Assembly: GCA_964411255.1 (NCBI GenBank)
Contig: CAYPKD010000001.1
Location: 7,331 to 71,330 of the forward strand
Origin: an uncultured Gammaproteobacteria bacterium
GTDB lineage: Bacteria; Patescibacteriota; Patescibacteriia; UBA11705; DATKZF01
DNA: 64,000 nucleotides
Direction: 5' to 3'
Shown: one piece after another, positions 10,210-20,699 of the stretch
How the letters are laid out: the number at the start of each line of letters is the position of its first letter
How positions within the stretch are numbered: position 1 is the first letter of the stretch
Position numbers and translations under genes: made by a program
The notes under the pieces: model-generated
Seen by the model: only the letters and a program-made list of their open reading frames with translations
Told to the model about the DNA's origin: nothing
The model's database searches: none

Positions 10210-11253
10210 CTAGTAACGCTGATGACCGGCTTGATCATCATCCCGATGGAAAGGATCAGCATTCCGGCTGGGAGAGCTTGTCCGGCTGCGCGTTCCGATT
10301 TCCACTCTGAGAGTGGGAAGCTCATCGCGCGCCCTCAGTTCGTCAAACCGAACCTTGCTGCGGCGATAACGCGCGGCCAGCGCATCAAAACCTTTGGAGG
10401 CGATATTGAACAGACGATGCTGCGCATCCACATGTCCAGCATTGGCTTCGCGAGTCATGTTGACCGCAATATACACCAGCTGGCGGGCGGAAAGTTCCAC
10501 CTCGCCCCACTTGATGCCCGTATCGCTGCAAACTCCTGAACGAAGCGGCTTTTCATTGATCGGGCACATATCCACTAGATGGGCAGGATAGTCTCCGATA
10601 GCGAAAAGCTTGTAGGTCACGTCCTGATGGGTATAAAGCCCTTCAGCAACGTCATCAAATCCTTCGTCCAGCTCTTTCATGTACTGGGCAGTTGCTTCCA
10701 CACTGCCATCGCCTGTGGCAGTATCAAAGCAGATCACCAATTTTGTGCCATACGCACCACGCAGCAGACCAACAGCCGGATGCCTGGGCTTGGAGTGCAC
10801 CACCTTGAAATAGGTGGGCAAAAAGATGACAGGATCGATCAGCGAAGTGAGCGTATCGCCCATTCCTCCACCCTGACCTCCCATCAGAGCCAGCAAAGCC
10901 AGCATGTTGTCACCGCCGCTAATGCCCAAAGAGCTAAGAAAGCCCTCAGGCGATTCAGGATCAGCAGGCTTTTCAGCCTTTGACTCCTTGGCAGCAGGTT
11001 TGCTGGTAGAGCCAGCTTCCTCTCGGAACATCTTGGCCATTCGCTGAGCATGCATGGGCTTGAACCCAGCATTCTCAATGGACTCGAAAGTAACGCCGGC
11101 CAGGACTTCGAGACTGTCGCCTCCAGCCTGATCCAGCTTCTTCCACACCTGCAAGGGCGTCATTTTGGCAATCTCTGCTGCCTTTTCGAGCGCCTCCCTG
11201 TAGGCTTTGTCCAATTTTGCAAATGCCTTCTTGGAATAACCGTTCTTAGCCAT
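10210..11253 (-). CDS. Hypothetical protein, GC-rich, co-operonic with 9039..10154
   Basis: 347-aa ORF; 55-bp spacer holds perfect hairpin GGGGCTCC-tgac-GGAGCCCC; no recognised domain. Confidence 0.55.
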   Translation of the reverse strand: MAKNGYSKKAFAKLDKAYREALEKAAEIAKMTPLQVWKKLDQAGGDSLEVLAGVTFESIENAGFKPMHAQRMAKMFREEAGSTSKPAAKESKAEKPADPESPEGFLSSLGISGGDNMLALLALMGGQGGGMGDTLTSLIDPVIFLPTYFKVVHSKPRHPAVGLLRGAYGTKLVICFDTATGDGSVEATAQYMKELDEGFDDVAEGLYTHQDVTYKLFAIGDYPAHLVDMCPINEKPLRSGVCSDTGIKWGEVELSARQLVYIAVNMTREANAGHVDAQHRLFNIASKGFDALAARYRRSKVRFDELRARDELPTLRVEIGTRSRTSSPSRNADPFHRDDDQAGHQRY

Positions 11254-11356
11254 CTCTCTCTTCTCTCTTCTCCCCTTGCTTTCTCAAAAAATCTGCGATT
11301 TGCAAATCTTCTGCCTGATTCATAAAGGGCAATGAAATCAAGACCAGTAACCACTA

Positions 11357-11413
11357 CTGGCAGGAAAATAAAAGGAATAAACCTATAATTTTCACCTTTT
11401 ATTTTCCTGCCAG
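11357..11413. repeat. 19-bp perfect inverted repeat (CTGGCAGGAAAATAAAAGG / CCTTTTATTTTCCTGCCAG) with 19-nt loop
   Basis: Read directly from sequence; lies ~100 bp upstream of the GC-rich cassette start. Confidence 0.7.
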
Positions 11414-11605
11414 AATATGATTAAAATAAACAAAATATCAAAGAACTTCCTACACTTACATTAAATCACGAATAAAACATTATATCAAATATATATTAAT
11501 ATATCAATATTTCTACTAATTTTAGAGAAATTCGGCAATTTGTATTAATTCTTACCTCTTGCTTTTTTCTTGTTTATATAGTATACTATATGAAGTATAT
11601 TAAAT

Positions 11606-11692
11606 GGGTCGGTACCAAAGCGGTCAACTGGGGCAGACTGTAAATCTGCTGGCCTTGTGCCTTCGGTGGTTCGAATCCGCCCCGGCCCACCA
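11606..11692 (+). tRNA. tRNA-Tyr(GTA), class II with long variable arm, CCA encoded
   Basis: Manual cloverleaf: acceptor GGGTCGG/CCGGCCC, anticodon loop CUGUAAA, T-loop GGTTCGAATCC. Confidence 0.85.
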
Positions 11693-11799
11693 TCCTACGC
11701 GCTAGCGAAGGATGTCGTTCGAAGCTTTATGCGAAGAATGACATAATCATATAAACTTATTGTGTGATTGCGTATGCTTCGGATGACGTAGCCATAAAA

Positions 11800-11824
11800 A
11801 CAGCATTACTGCTGTCTTTTTTTA
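11800..11824 (+). terminator. Rho-independent terminator after tRNA-Tyr
   Basis: ACAGCA-ttac-TGCTGT followed by CTTTTTTTT. Confidence 0.5.
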
Positions 11825-11854
11825 TTAAACACTGTTTTTAAAATTTTAACTCCT

Positions 11855-13129
11855 TTAACTTTTTAACAATTTTCTCGTCTCTTTTTTATAATCCTCCACA
11901 CTCGGCTGATTAAATGCATTTACTTTAAGCAATTGCGCCAAATACATCATTTCAATCATTCTAAACTGCAAATAATATCCCAGGCTTTGCTCTGATATCT
12001 TTCCTAATTCAATTATTAAATATGGCAAATTGTTTTTCTTATATGCTGCTTTCACTCCGCCAAAAATCGCATTCATAATATTTTCAAAACTTTTACCTTT
12101 AATATTTGAAATCAAACCATCAAAACTTAAATTCTTTGACACAGAAACTATAGTATCATTTTTTCCATATACAATATTTGTAAATTTATCTTTTGGCCCG
12201 CCAAAATAGAGCTGAGCCATGGAATGCAAATCAGTTGACCCAATCGAAACAATTGGAGTAATTCCTTTTCTGACAACTTTACCTTTCAAGTTTTTTTTCT
12301 TGCCAATGCTTTCAGCCATTAACTGGCGATACCATTTGCCCAAGGATTCAAGTTCTGGATTAAATATAAATGTATTGTGAATGTTTATTCCTTTTTGATT
12401 ATGCAAATAAATTAATCCTGCGCTGACAATTGAAAAATTTTTATTAATATTTTTCTGAACATTATCTGTAACTGCTCTGGCAGCGCCTTTGTGAAGTTTG
12501 TCAATGTCAATCCCTGCTAAATAAAGCGGCAACAAACCAACTGCTGAAAAAACTGAATATCTGCCGCCTACCATTTTTGAAATGGCCAGCTTATTATCTG
12601 CTAACTTCCATAATTTTGAATTTTCTTCAGTAATACAAACAATTCTTTTTTTTATGTCTGCTTTTTTTTGTTTTAATAAACTGATCAAAGCCTCCAAATT
12701 TGAAATTGTTTCAGTGGTTGTGCCTGATTTGCTAACTGCTACTATGACAAACTCCTGTGGTTTAAGTTTATTTAGCGTAAAAGCAGTCTGTTTTATTTTT
12801 AATGAAGAAACAGTATCTAAAAATAAAATTTCAGGTTTTGTTTTATGCTGCAAAGCTTCATAAACAGCCATTGTTCCCAAATTTGAACCGCCAATGCCAA
12901 TAACAACGATATTCTTTAACTTTTGCCTGCCAATTTTTTTTGCCATTTTCTTCACTTCATCTCGCAATTTCTTATCAAAGCCTAATTGAATTGAACTTTC
13001 ACTATCTTTATAATCTCTTTTTTTTGCCACTGACTGTAAATGCGAAATATAAGCTGATAATTTGGCAGCAGTTGCTTTTATTTTATTCGCATTAATATTT
13101 GCTGTTTTTTTATAATCAAATTTAATCAT
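11855..13129 (-). CDS. pgi: Glucose-6-phosphate isomerase
   Basis: NIVVIGIGGSNLG ... SKSGTTTET motifs of the PGI/SIS family. Confidence 0.8.
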   Translation of the reverse strand: MIKFDYKKTANINANKIKATAAKLSAYISHLQSVAKKRDYKDSESSIQLGFDKKLRDEVKKMAKKIGRQKLKNIVVIGIGGSNLGTMAVYEALQHKTKPEILFLDTVSSLKIKQTAFTLNKLKPQEFVIVAVSKSGTTTETISNLEALISLLKQKKADIKKRIVCITEENSKLWKLADNKLAISKMVGGRYSVFSAVGLLPLYLAGIDIDKLHKGAARAVTDNVQKNINKNFSIVSAGLIYLHNQKGINIHNTFIFNPELESLGKWYRQLMAESIGKKKNLKGKVVRKGITPIVSIGSTDLHSMAQLYFGGPKDKFTNIVYGKNDTIVSVSKNLSFDGLISNIKGKSFENIMNAIFGGVKAAYKKNNLPYLIIELGKISEQSLGYYLQFRMIEMMYLAQLLKVNAFNQPSVEDYKKETRKLLKS

Positions 13130-13226
13130 ATTTTTTTATTTTATACTTATACTCATTATATCAGATTAAATAACAAAACAAAAAAGCCCGCAAGCGGACT
13201 ATACCTTTTAATGGCCTGCCATCAAG

Positions 13227-13793
13227 CTATCTTAATATTTTAACAATTCCCACTAAAGCATCCCTTTTGTTTTCCGGGTCTTTAAACTTATATAAACACT
13301 CTTTTAATTCTGGTTTTATATCTTTTGCCTTTGAACTTATTTTTGTAGCTCTTTCTAATTTTGTTGCATCGTAAATAATTAAAATATCAATCTTCACCCT
13401 GTATCCTCGATCTAACAATACATTTTCATAAAATTTCTTAACTGTATATCCAAATAAAGAAGTATGTTCGTAAGAGCTATCCAAGATTATTTTATGTTTT
13501 TTTATTTCAAATAATCCTGCCTGAATATCATGATCATACATACTAAATCCCTGATGACATACTTCCTTTCTGTCTGGGTCGTATTTATCTGTCCCTAATT
13601 TTAATATGACTGATGTAAGTTCGTTTATAGAAAGCTTGGGATGATCGTCTTTTCCTATTGCTCTATAAATATAATTTCCGTCAGGTAAATTACTCTCTAT
13701 TTCCTTGTCAACTTTTTTTCCTATTTTAAAATAATCCGGTTTATTTTTAATATGATATTCCGGAACATGAACTTCAATTATTTTTACTGCCAT
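13227..13793 (-). CDS. Hypothetical protein (188 aa)
   Basis: ORF only. Confidence 0.45.
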   Translation of the reverse strand: MAVKIIEVHVPEYHIKNKPDYFKIGKKVDKEIESNLPDGNYIYRAIGKDDHPKLSINELTSVILKLGTDKYDPDRKEVCHQGFSMYDHDIQAGLFEIKKHKIILDSSYEHTSLFGYTVKKFYENVLLDRGYRVKIDILIIYDATKLERATKISSKAKDIKPELKECLYKFKDPENKRDALVGIVKILR

Positions 13794-13813
13794 AACATTT
13801 TCATAACTAATAA

Positions 13814-13858
13814 TGGAGCCAACGAGCGGACTTGAACCGCTGACCTACTCCTTACCAT
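13814..13858 (-). pseudogene. 3' half of split tRNA-Thr(GGT) (anticodon loop to CCA); island right junction
   Basis: Reverse strand reads ATGGTAAGGAGTAGGTCAGCGGTTCAAGTCCGCTCGTTGGCTCCA; complements the 5' half at 25887..25924. Confidence 0.8.
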
Positions 13859-14024
13859 AAAACAACCCAACTACAAAACAACATAATTCACCTAAAGTAA
13901 GAGTAAAACCTTAACAATCTTACTCTTACAGGTGATTGCTTGGATGACCTGTTTACTACGGCTCTTTGCTCAGTTAGTATTACAATACTGCAATACTTAA
14001 TTTTTATGTTTTAAGCATAACATA

Positions 14025-14969
14025 TCAAATTAAATTTTCAAAGGTCAGTTTATTTGCCTTTGCTTTCATTACGTGAGTAGGTCTACAGCGAAGGTATATT
14101 GATGTCATTTTAATCCCCTTATGCCCTAGTATTTGTTGCAACTCTGAAATATCATAACCTTGATTTATACAATTCATGGCGAACGTATGACGAAACATAT
14201 GGGCATGAAATTTAACACCAGATTCATCATTTAATCTCTTTATCATATGTTTCACTCCATCTTTTGTGAATCTTGAATTATGAGTAGAAGAGATGAAAAA
14301 ATATGGAGAAGTATTCTTAGTTTTTTTCCTCTCTTCTAAATAATCCTTTAATATCTGGAATAATTTAAGATTCATATTAACTATTCTATCATGACCTGTT
14401 TTTGAGGTTTCACCCCTGACAAACACCTCCATTCTATCAAAATCAATATCATCAAGACGTAAACTCACTAATTCATTAAGTCTTAAACCGCAAAAAAGAA
14501 AAGTAGCTACTATGGCATAATTACGTTTTCGCAATAAACTATTCTTCCAATCAATATTGATTAAAACTGCTGAAATAATTTTATCAATATCATCTTTCTT
14601 AATAAATTTTTTATCTAGATACTCAACCTTAGGTGCTTTTATGTACATAAAAGGATTATGGTCAATATATTTTCTTATCCTTAACCAATCAAAAAACCGA
14701 CTCAGTTTACTTCGATAAGTAGCAATCGTACTATTCTTTACTCCGACTTTAATTCCACCCTTTCCTACTAGTCTTTTACGTTTTTGTAAATGTTCAAAAA
14801 ATATATTCATAACCTCAGGTGTTATCTTATCTAAAGATAAATTCGGTATGAGTTCACTTAAAAGCTTAAAAGATGATTCATACCCTCTTATAGTAACTTC
14901 TGAAAGTCCCAAAGAATAACGCGATTCTCTGACAAACTCCTCAAAAAGCTCATTAAGATTCTTTTTCAT
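14025..14969 (-). CDS. Tyrosine recombinase / phage-type integrase
   Basis: C-terminal HxxR...Y motifs (FRHTFAMNCINQGYDISELQQILGHKGIKMTSIYL); next to right junction. Confidence 0.85.
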   Translation of the reverse strand: MKKNLNELFEEFVRESRYSLGLSEVTIRGYESSFKLLSELIPNLSLDKITPEVMNIFFEHLQKRKRLVGKGGIKVGVKNSTIATYRSKLSRFFDWLRIRKYIDHNPFMYIKAPKVEYLDKKFIKKDDIDKIISAVLINIDWKNSLLRKRNYAIVATFLFCGLRLNELVSLRLDDIDFDRMEVFVRGETSKTGHDRIVNMNLKLFQILKDYLEERKKTKNTSPYFFISSTHNSRFTKDGVKHMIKRLNDESGVKFHAHMFRHTFAMNCINQGYDISELQQILGHKGIKMTSIYLRCRPTHVMKAKANKLTFENLI

Positions 14970-15579
14970 TGCTCTCAGTTTCTTGATTTTCTTCTATTTT
15001 CTTTGTTTTAGCAATTATTTGGTCAATTACATCTGATATTTCACTCCTATCTTCTTCGCTCATTTCGTCCAATTGCTCGCTTGCTTTGTCCCACATTGAA
15101 TTTTCATTTCTACTTTTTAACCAATCAGTGATTAAAGTTATTTTGCTAAAATTGTGTTGTCCCATATCCCATCCATTAAAAGACGCATAGTCCTTAAGCA
15201 TCTTCATCAAAATCTTTAAGGCTTTCTCCTTCTCGCCTTTGACCCAAGATTTTGCAATATTTTTCTCACTAATTAAATCTGTCATCTGCTCAATCGTTGT
15301 TTCCATCTGCGCGCCCAGTATCCCGCGCAAGCTTAAGGTATCCTCTATATCCTTTAAGTTATTTGGCTGGTTCTCCTTGTAATAAGAAGAAATGTCCCGC
15401 TCAACTGTGCGAAGAGTTACCTCACCCCAGCCACGATGTTCAGCCATAGTATTTAATCTTTTTTTGACGGTTTCATTAGAAAAACCATTTAATTTAAGCA
15501 TTATCGTGGTATCACGACGTGCTCTTAGCAGAGATGCAGGAATTGATTTCCTGCCTGTTGTCTTTTTGACTTCTGTCAT
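14953..15579 (-). CDS. Hypothetical island protein (208 aa), overlaps integrase start
   Basis: ORF only; acidic C-terminus. Confidence 0.45.
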   Translation of the reverse strand: MTEVKKTTGRKSIPASLLRARRDTTIMLKLNGFSNETVKKRLNTMAEHRGWGEVTLRTVERDISSYYKENQPNNLKDIEDTLSLRGILGAQMETTIEQMTDLISEKNIAKSWVKGEKEKALKILMKMLKDYASFNGWDMGQHNFSKITLITDWLKSRNENSMWDKASEQLDEMSEEDRSEISDVIDQIIAKTKKIEENQETESNEKES

Positions 15580-15851
15580 ACTTTTTTAAGTTAATTTTTA
15601 AATACCGGCGTTTACGACATTCTCTAAATACAAAAAAACACAGAACGGCGATTACAACCGGGCAAAATACAAAAAATTGTATTTTTAGTTTGCCCTAGAT
15701 GGTTATAGTCAAAATTCTGTGCTTTTAAATTAAGCTGTTGGGACTATGTATGTTCTAGTACTTAGATTGTTAATGTATATTTAAATGGTAATATCAATTC
15801 TTAATCATGTCAATACCCCATGTTGATAAGAGTTAACAAAGTTGAAAAAGT

Positions 15852-16610
15852 TTATTTTTCTGTCTTTGTATTTCTAGAATCTACATAACTACAATAATCA
15901 CATTCTGAACCGGCTTTTGGAATTTTCTTACTTCTCAAAGTTTTATGTATATCTTTAATAGTCTGCTCAAGCCATTTATCGCTACCCTTATACGGAATCA
16001 ATACTATTTCAAATTCTAATTTTGCATCAAACGCTTCTCTATCTTTACGGCCATTGCAATAAACAAAATAACCCATATTTGATACTTTCAAGCCATTCAT
16101 CCTTAATAACCACTGATAAATCTCCATTTGCCTTTTATAGCCATCCATCCAAGGCTTATCAAGTTTAGTAACTGGTTCTTGCTTACTGGTGGCCTTATAG
16201 TCAACGACTATGTACTTACCTTTTGAATCCTGCCATAAATCATCAATTGCTCCTGTAATAATAAAATTAGTTGGTTCATGTAAATACTGAACACCCTTAA
16301 AATTTTCTCGCCAAACATCAAGATTATCATGAGCCACTGGTTTTGCATCAACCTTATACTTCTTTAATAATGGATGTTGTTTATTTTTACTTCTATGTTC
16401 ATCGAATTCTTTCTTTAGTAATTCATCAACTGTAGAATTCAATGCAAATGGAAATCCCGGTGGTCTGCCAACTCCCAATTTTCTATCAAGATAAAAACAT
16501 CTTGGACAATCCAAAAACAAATCTATCTTTGAACGAGATATCTTAAACGGCTTTTTTGACTTTGGGTCGTAAAGATTTTTTGTTCGTTGTGAATTGTAAT
16601 ATTGGGACAT
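15852..16610 (-). CDS. PD-(D/E)XK nuclease, Cas4/RecB-like, with Cys clusters
   Basis: GAIDDL ... VVDYK ... QMEIYQW (D-EXK-QxxxY) plus N-terminal DCPRC and C-terminal ECDYC cysteines. Confidence 0.55.
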   Translation of the reverse strand: MSQYYNSQRTKNLYDPKSKKPFKISRSKIDLFLDCPRCFYLDRKLGVGRPPGFPFALNSTVDELLKKEFDEHRSKNKQHPLLKKYKVDAKPVAHDNLDVWRENFKGVQYLHEPTNFIITGAIDDLWQDSKGKYIVVDYKATSKQEPVTKLDKPWMDGYKRQMEIYQWLLRMNGLKVSNMGYFVYCNGRKDREAFDAKLEFEIVLIPYKGSDKWLEQTIKDIHKTLRSKKIPKAGSECDYCSYVDSRNTKTEK

Positions 16611-16614
16611 ATTA

Positions 16615-17463
16615 TTATTGTCTTTCGTTTTTATCTAATGTATTACCCTCTTCATCTTTCCATTCTTTCCACCCATTAGCACGACGTGCAAGAATAACAG
16701 CGGCAGCAGCACTAGGACTATTAAAAATATAGTTCTTTACAAATTTGTAAGAATCCTCGCCTTCTTTTTCTATTACTCCATCCGCTAATAATCTCTCCAC
16801 CATTCCCTCAACCCAAGTACCAGCAGTTTTTGTTAGCTTTCTTCTTGTTATGGAGTCACTATACACAACTAATCCCTCATCTGAATATTTCCCTTTAGCT
16901 TTTGCTGATGGGCCTTTGCAGTAATAAATCTTTTCAGATTCATCAATAATATTAATATCATCAAAAATCGGATATCCTAAAGTAGCTACCAAAAGCTCAA
17001 TACTTCCAAAAAAATCCATAACATCAGCCACATCAGTTTCTGGTAGTTGTGTTTTTGCCGGAATAGTACCATTTACAACATTACATCGATTTAATTTCTG
17101 AGCAATATCATAACAATACCCTTCTAAATATTTCACGTGGGCTTTATTAATTGAGTTATTTGTACTAACAAAACACAATGCAATATTCCAAAAATCTTTA
17201 CCTTCATCTTTGTTATGCTGTAATAATCTTTTATACACCTGTTCTGCCTCTCCAATGTATACATCGGGAATATTTGAATCAATTTCTTTTCCTATCAGAA
17301 AATAAAGCCCAACAGTTTTTAATTCATCGCGACTTGCCGCTTCCTTAATTTTATTTCTTGGCACCAAAATTGCTTTAGCAACACGACCACCAATCTCTGC
17401 AATTTTAACACCAGAGGGGGTGCCGTCAGCTAATAAAATTTTAATTGTTTTAGGATTTTTCAT
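16615..17463 (-). CDS. GIY-YIG nuclease-like N-domain with DUF4357-like C-domain (hsd-associated)
   Basis: GLYFLIGKE...VYIGEAEQVYKRLLQH resembles GIY-YIG; abuts DUF45 gene and Cas4-like gene. Confidence 0.55.
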   Translation of the reverse strand: MKNPKTIKILLADGTPSGVKIAEIGGRVAKAILVPRNKIKEAASRDELKTVGLYFLIGKEIDSNIPDVYIGEAEQVYKRLLQHNKDEGKDFWNIALCFVSTNNSINKAHVKYLEGYCYDIAQKLNRCNVVNGTIPAKTQLPETDVADVMDFFGSIELLVATLGYPIFDDINIIDESEKIYYCKGPSAKAKGKYSDEGLVVYSDSITRRKLTKTAGTWVEGMVERLLADGVIEKEGEDSYKFVKNYIFNSPSAAAAVILARRANGWKEWKDEEGNTLDKNERQ

Positions 17464-17464
17464 A

Positions 17465-17785
17465 TTAATTTATACAATATTTATTTAATCTCAATTCTAA
17501 CTTTTCATATTCACCTAAATACGACGACATTCTGCTTTTCCATAATTTACTATGATTCGGGGTATGAAAATGAAGTAATTCATGAACGATCACATACTCT
17601 CCCAAATCTCGCTCAATTTCTAGGAGCTCAACGTTAAAATTCAGATTTCCATTAGTTGAGCAAGAAGCCCATTTATTTTTCATTGGACGCAAATACAAGC
17701 ACCTTATTTTAATGCCAATCTTATCAGCAAAAAAATAGACACGCTCTTTGAATTCAGCTTTATTTGTCCAACAATTAGATATCAT
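17465..17785 (-). CDS. DUF45/M48-like metal-dependent hydrolase, short (106 aa; YgjP-like, possibly truncated)
   Basis: HELLHFH (HExxH); overlaps hsdR stop, a common hsdR-adjacent partner. Confidence 0.5.
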   Translation of the reverse strand: MISNCWTNKAEFKERVYFFADKIGIKIRCLYLRPMKNKWASCSTNGNLNFNVELLEIERDLGEYVIVHELLHFHTPNHSKLWKSRMSSYLGEYEKLELRLNKYCIN

Positions 17786-20699
17786 AAGCTTTTGAAATTA
17801 GTCTAAATAATTCTTCAGCCACTTTTGTTGCCTTTTCTATATCGTCTTCTTCTGCCAGTATCGCATAATAAATCTCTGCACGAAGTTTTCTCAAAGCTTC
17901 AGTACTTTGTTTCCAAGTTTGATGCTCTACAAATGCCTCCTTAATCTTATCAGTAACAATATCTGGCTGAGGAATCTTATGTTGTTCGATTAATTGATTT
18001 ACAAAATAAGTTAAACTATCAAACCCTTTTTCTGCCTGTTTCTTTCGACGTTCAATATCTTCTTCGTATAACTTTCGAAGTTCTTCCAAGGTTTTCTTTG
18101 TTGTTAATTGCCGAGACTCATATCTTTCCTTAATTTCTTCAGCTCTTTCCAACAATGAAATCAAGAAAAGGTCATCGCTTTGTTCTTCTGCTATTTTCTC
18201 GATGGATTTTATTAAATTGATAATTCTAACATTATCATCTTCATGCTTAGCTTTAATTTTCTCGATTGATTTCTTATTAATTTCGTAAAATTCAGACTGA
18301 GTTTCCAATTTTTCCAAGCCTACATGCTTTTGAACCAGTTGATTTGTTTTTCTCTGAAATTCTCTATCAATGTAAACTTTTTTTGCATAGGCATTTCGAA
18401 CAATTCCATAGATTGCTGATAACGTGCCATAATCATCAATGTATGGTCTCAAAAAAGCATCTGGGGAGATAATCTCATAAAGCATTTCAATCTCTTTATA
18501 GAGTTTGAAAAACTTTTTACGTTTTTCTGCATCACGGAAATGCTCTATTAACTTATCTGTATCCTTATCATCAAACTTTTTAGAAACCAACTTCAAATAT
18601 GAAGCAGCCTCTTTCTTCATCTTTTTTTCAAATTGTTTTTTCAATAATCCTAAGTCTTTAACTACTGCATCTATCTCATCACTATCAAAAGCTAATGCTT
18701 TTTCAACTTTATCGAAAATTCCGATAAAATCTAATACAAAACCATGCGGTTTAAGCATATTATGTTCTTCATTCTCATAAGGCCGATTTACACGCGCAAT
18801 AGCTTGTAAAAGCGTATGATCACGCATTGGTTTATCAAGATACATTGCATACAGAATTGGTGCATCATATCCTGTTAAAAGCTTTTCTGTGACAATAAGA
18901 ATTTTGGGCTGTTCTCCATATTTAGTAAATTTCTTTCTAATCTCTCTTTCCCTTTGTTCATCATGATGAAATTCTTTTAATAATTTAGAATCATTGTTAT
19001 TACCAGTATAAACAACTTCTGAATATTCCTTTGGTAAATATTTATCTAGAGCTTTCTTGTAATATGCACAAGCTTCTCGGTCTACTGCAACAAAAAATGC
19101 TTTATAGCCTAAAGGCTCCACATTTTCTTTGAAATGTTCAGCTGCATATTTTGCCACTGCATCAATTCTTTTTTCTCCTTTTAGAAAATTTTTAATATTA
19201 ACTGCTCTTTCAAGGACTTTATTCAATTCTTCAATCTCTGTTATTCCATGAGCATCTGCAAGTTGCAAAAATTCTTCTTCCAATGTTTCTTTTGGCACTA
19301 AAAGTTTATTTGGAGCAATACTATAAAATAAGGGCAACGTAGTACCGTCTTCGATACTATCAGCAATAGAATACTTATGAAGATAACCCTTTTTATCTTC
19401 AAGACCAAATGTCTTAAATGTTCCTTTTCCATATACAGTCTTATCAATAGGTGTCCCAGTGAATCCTATAAAAGATGAGTTCGGTAATCCTGCCATTAAG
19501 AAATTCCCTAAATCACCTTGAGTAGTCCTATGCGCTTCATCAATAAGCACAAAAATATTTTCTCGAGTATTGATATCTGCAGGCATTTTCTGAAATTTGT
19601 GAATTGTCGTTACAATAATTCCTCGATAATCATCTTTAAGTAATTTATTAAGCTTTCGAATAGAAGTTGCATGTTCAACATTATTCAATCCAACCGAGCT
19701 TAAATTTGTTATCATTTGCTGCTCTAGTTCATTACGATCAATCATAAGCAAAATAGTAGGTTTATCTGATTCTGGAGCTTTGAATAATAATTCGGCGACT
19801 TTAATCATTGTATAAGTTTTTCCTGAACCTTGAGTATGCCAAACCAAACCACGTCTTTTGGTTTTATTATGAGCGCGTTTAATAACTTCTTCAACTGCCT
19901 CTTGTTGGTGTTGCCTAAGTATGTATTTATTCAACTCTTCATCTTTCTCTGCAAACATTATGTATTTACCCAACACATCCAATATCTGACGTTTATCGCA
20001 AAATGTTTTAATTTTAGATTCTAACTTACCGATTTCTTTTTCTTTCCAATTAAAAATATTCCTTCTAATTAAATTCCATGTTACCCCATAGCTAAAACCA
20101 ATACTTTCCGTTGCTGTAAATATTTGCTCTGGTACAAATAACTCAGGTGTTTCATTATGATATCGACGTAATTGGTCGATTCCAATTGCAACCGCCTCGT
20201 CCTTGGTTGCGTTTTTACATTCAATAACAAGAACTGGAATACCATTAATTAAAAAAACAACATCCTCTCTGTTAGCATACTTGCCATTAAAATAATAAAA
20301 TTCCTCAGTCACTTCAAACACATTATTACTGAACTTATCGTAATCAATCAGATTAAGATTTAATTCTCTATTCTCACCTTCGTGAAAAAATGTTTTGTCT
20401 CCTCTTAAATATTGTACAAATTCACGATTACCATAGATATCTGGAGTTAATGCTGAAAAACGACGAATAAGGTCATCAATATTATTATGAAAATGAGGAT
20501 TAAATTTATTAACTTTTTCATGAAGGATACCCTGAAAATAAAGAGAAGCAGTTTCAGCTCTGTCGCGAGGTGAAACTCCTTGGGGGTCAAAACCACGGCG
20601 TTCTTCAGCCTCTTTTTGGCCAACATACTTCCATCCAATTTCTTGGGCGTATTTAAGTATCCTAGCTTGTACTGATTTTTGCTCTGTTGGTTTAGACAT
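17775..20699 (-). CDS. hsdR: Type I restriction enzyme R subunit
   Basis: 974 aa; SF2 helicase motifs TQGSGKT, DEAH (VLIDEAHRTTQG). Confidence 0.9.
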   Translation of the reverse strand: MSKPTEQKSVQARILKYAQEIGWKYVGQKEAEERRGFDPQGVSPRDRAETASLYFQGILHEKVNKFNPHFHNNIDDLIRRFSALTPDIYGNREFVQYLRGDKTFFHEGENRELNLNLIDYDKFSNNVFEVTEEFYYFNGKYANREDVVFLINGIPVLVIECKNATKDEAVAIGIDQLRRYHNETPELFVPEQIFTATESIGFSYGVTWNLIRRNIFNWKEKEIGKLESKIKTFCDKRQILDVLGKYIMFAEKDEELNKYILRQHQQEAVEEVIKRAHNKTKRRGLVWHTQGSGKTYTMIKVAELLFKAPESDKPTILLMIDRNELEQQMITNLSSVGLNNVEHATSIRKLNKLLKDDYRGIIVTTIHKFQKMPADINTRENIFVLIDEAHRTTQGDLGNFLMAGLPNSSFIGFTGTPIDKTVYGKGTFKTFGLEDKKGYLHKYSIADSIEDGTTLPLFYSIAPNKLLVPKETLEEEFLQLADAHGITEIEELNKVLERAVNIKNFLKGEKRIDAVAKYAAEHFKENVEPLGYKAFFVAVDREACAYYKKALDKYLPKEYSEVVYTGNNNDSKLLKEFHHDEQREREIRKKFTKYGEQPKILIVTEKLLTGYDAPILYAMYLDKPMRDHTLLQAIARVNRPYENEEHNMLKPHGFVLDFIGIFDKVEKALAFDSDEIDAVVKDLGLLKKQFEKKMKKEAASYLKLVSKKFDDKDTDKLIEHFRDAEKRKKFFKLYKEIEMLYEIISPDAFLRPYIDDYGTLSAIYGIVRNAYAKKVYIDREFQRKTNQLVQKHVGLEKLETQSEFYEINKKSIEKIKAKHEDDNVRIINLIKSIEKIAEEQSDDLFLISLLERAEEIKERYESRQLTTKKTLEELRKLYEEDIERRKKQAEKGFDSLTYFVNQLIEQHKIPQPDIVTDKIKEAFVEHQTWKQSTEALRKLRAEIYYAILAEEDDIEKATKVAEELFRLISKAYDI

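Noticed and set aside
9259-10983. Multiple overlapping ORFs on both strands within the GC-rich cassette (for example 9259..9600 +, 10579..10983 +)
   Set aside because: High GC suppresses stop codons in all frames; only the two long minus-strand ORFs have RBS and consistent organisation.
17465-17785. Treating the 106-aa HExxH protein as a full-length M48/DUF45 peptidase
   Set aside because: DUF45 proteins are usually about twice this length. This may be a C-terminal fragment or a short form, so it is called with reduced confidence rather than as an intact peptidase.
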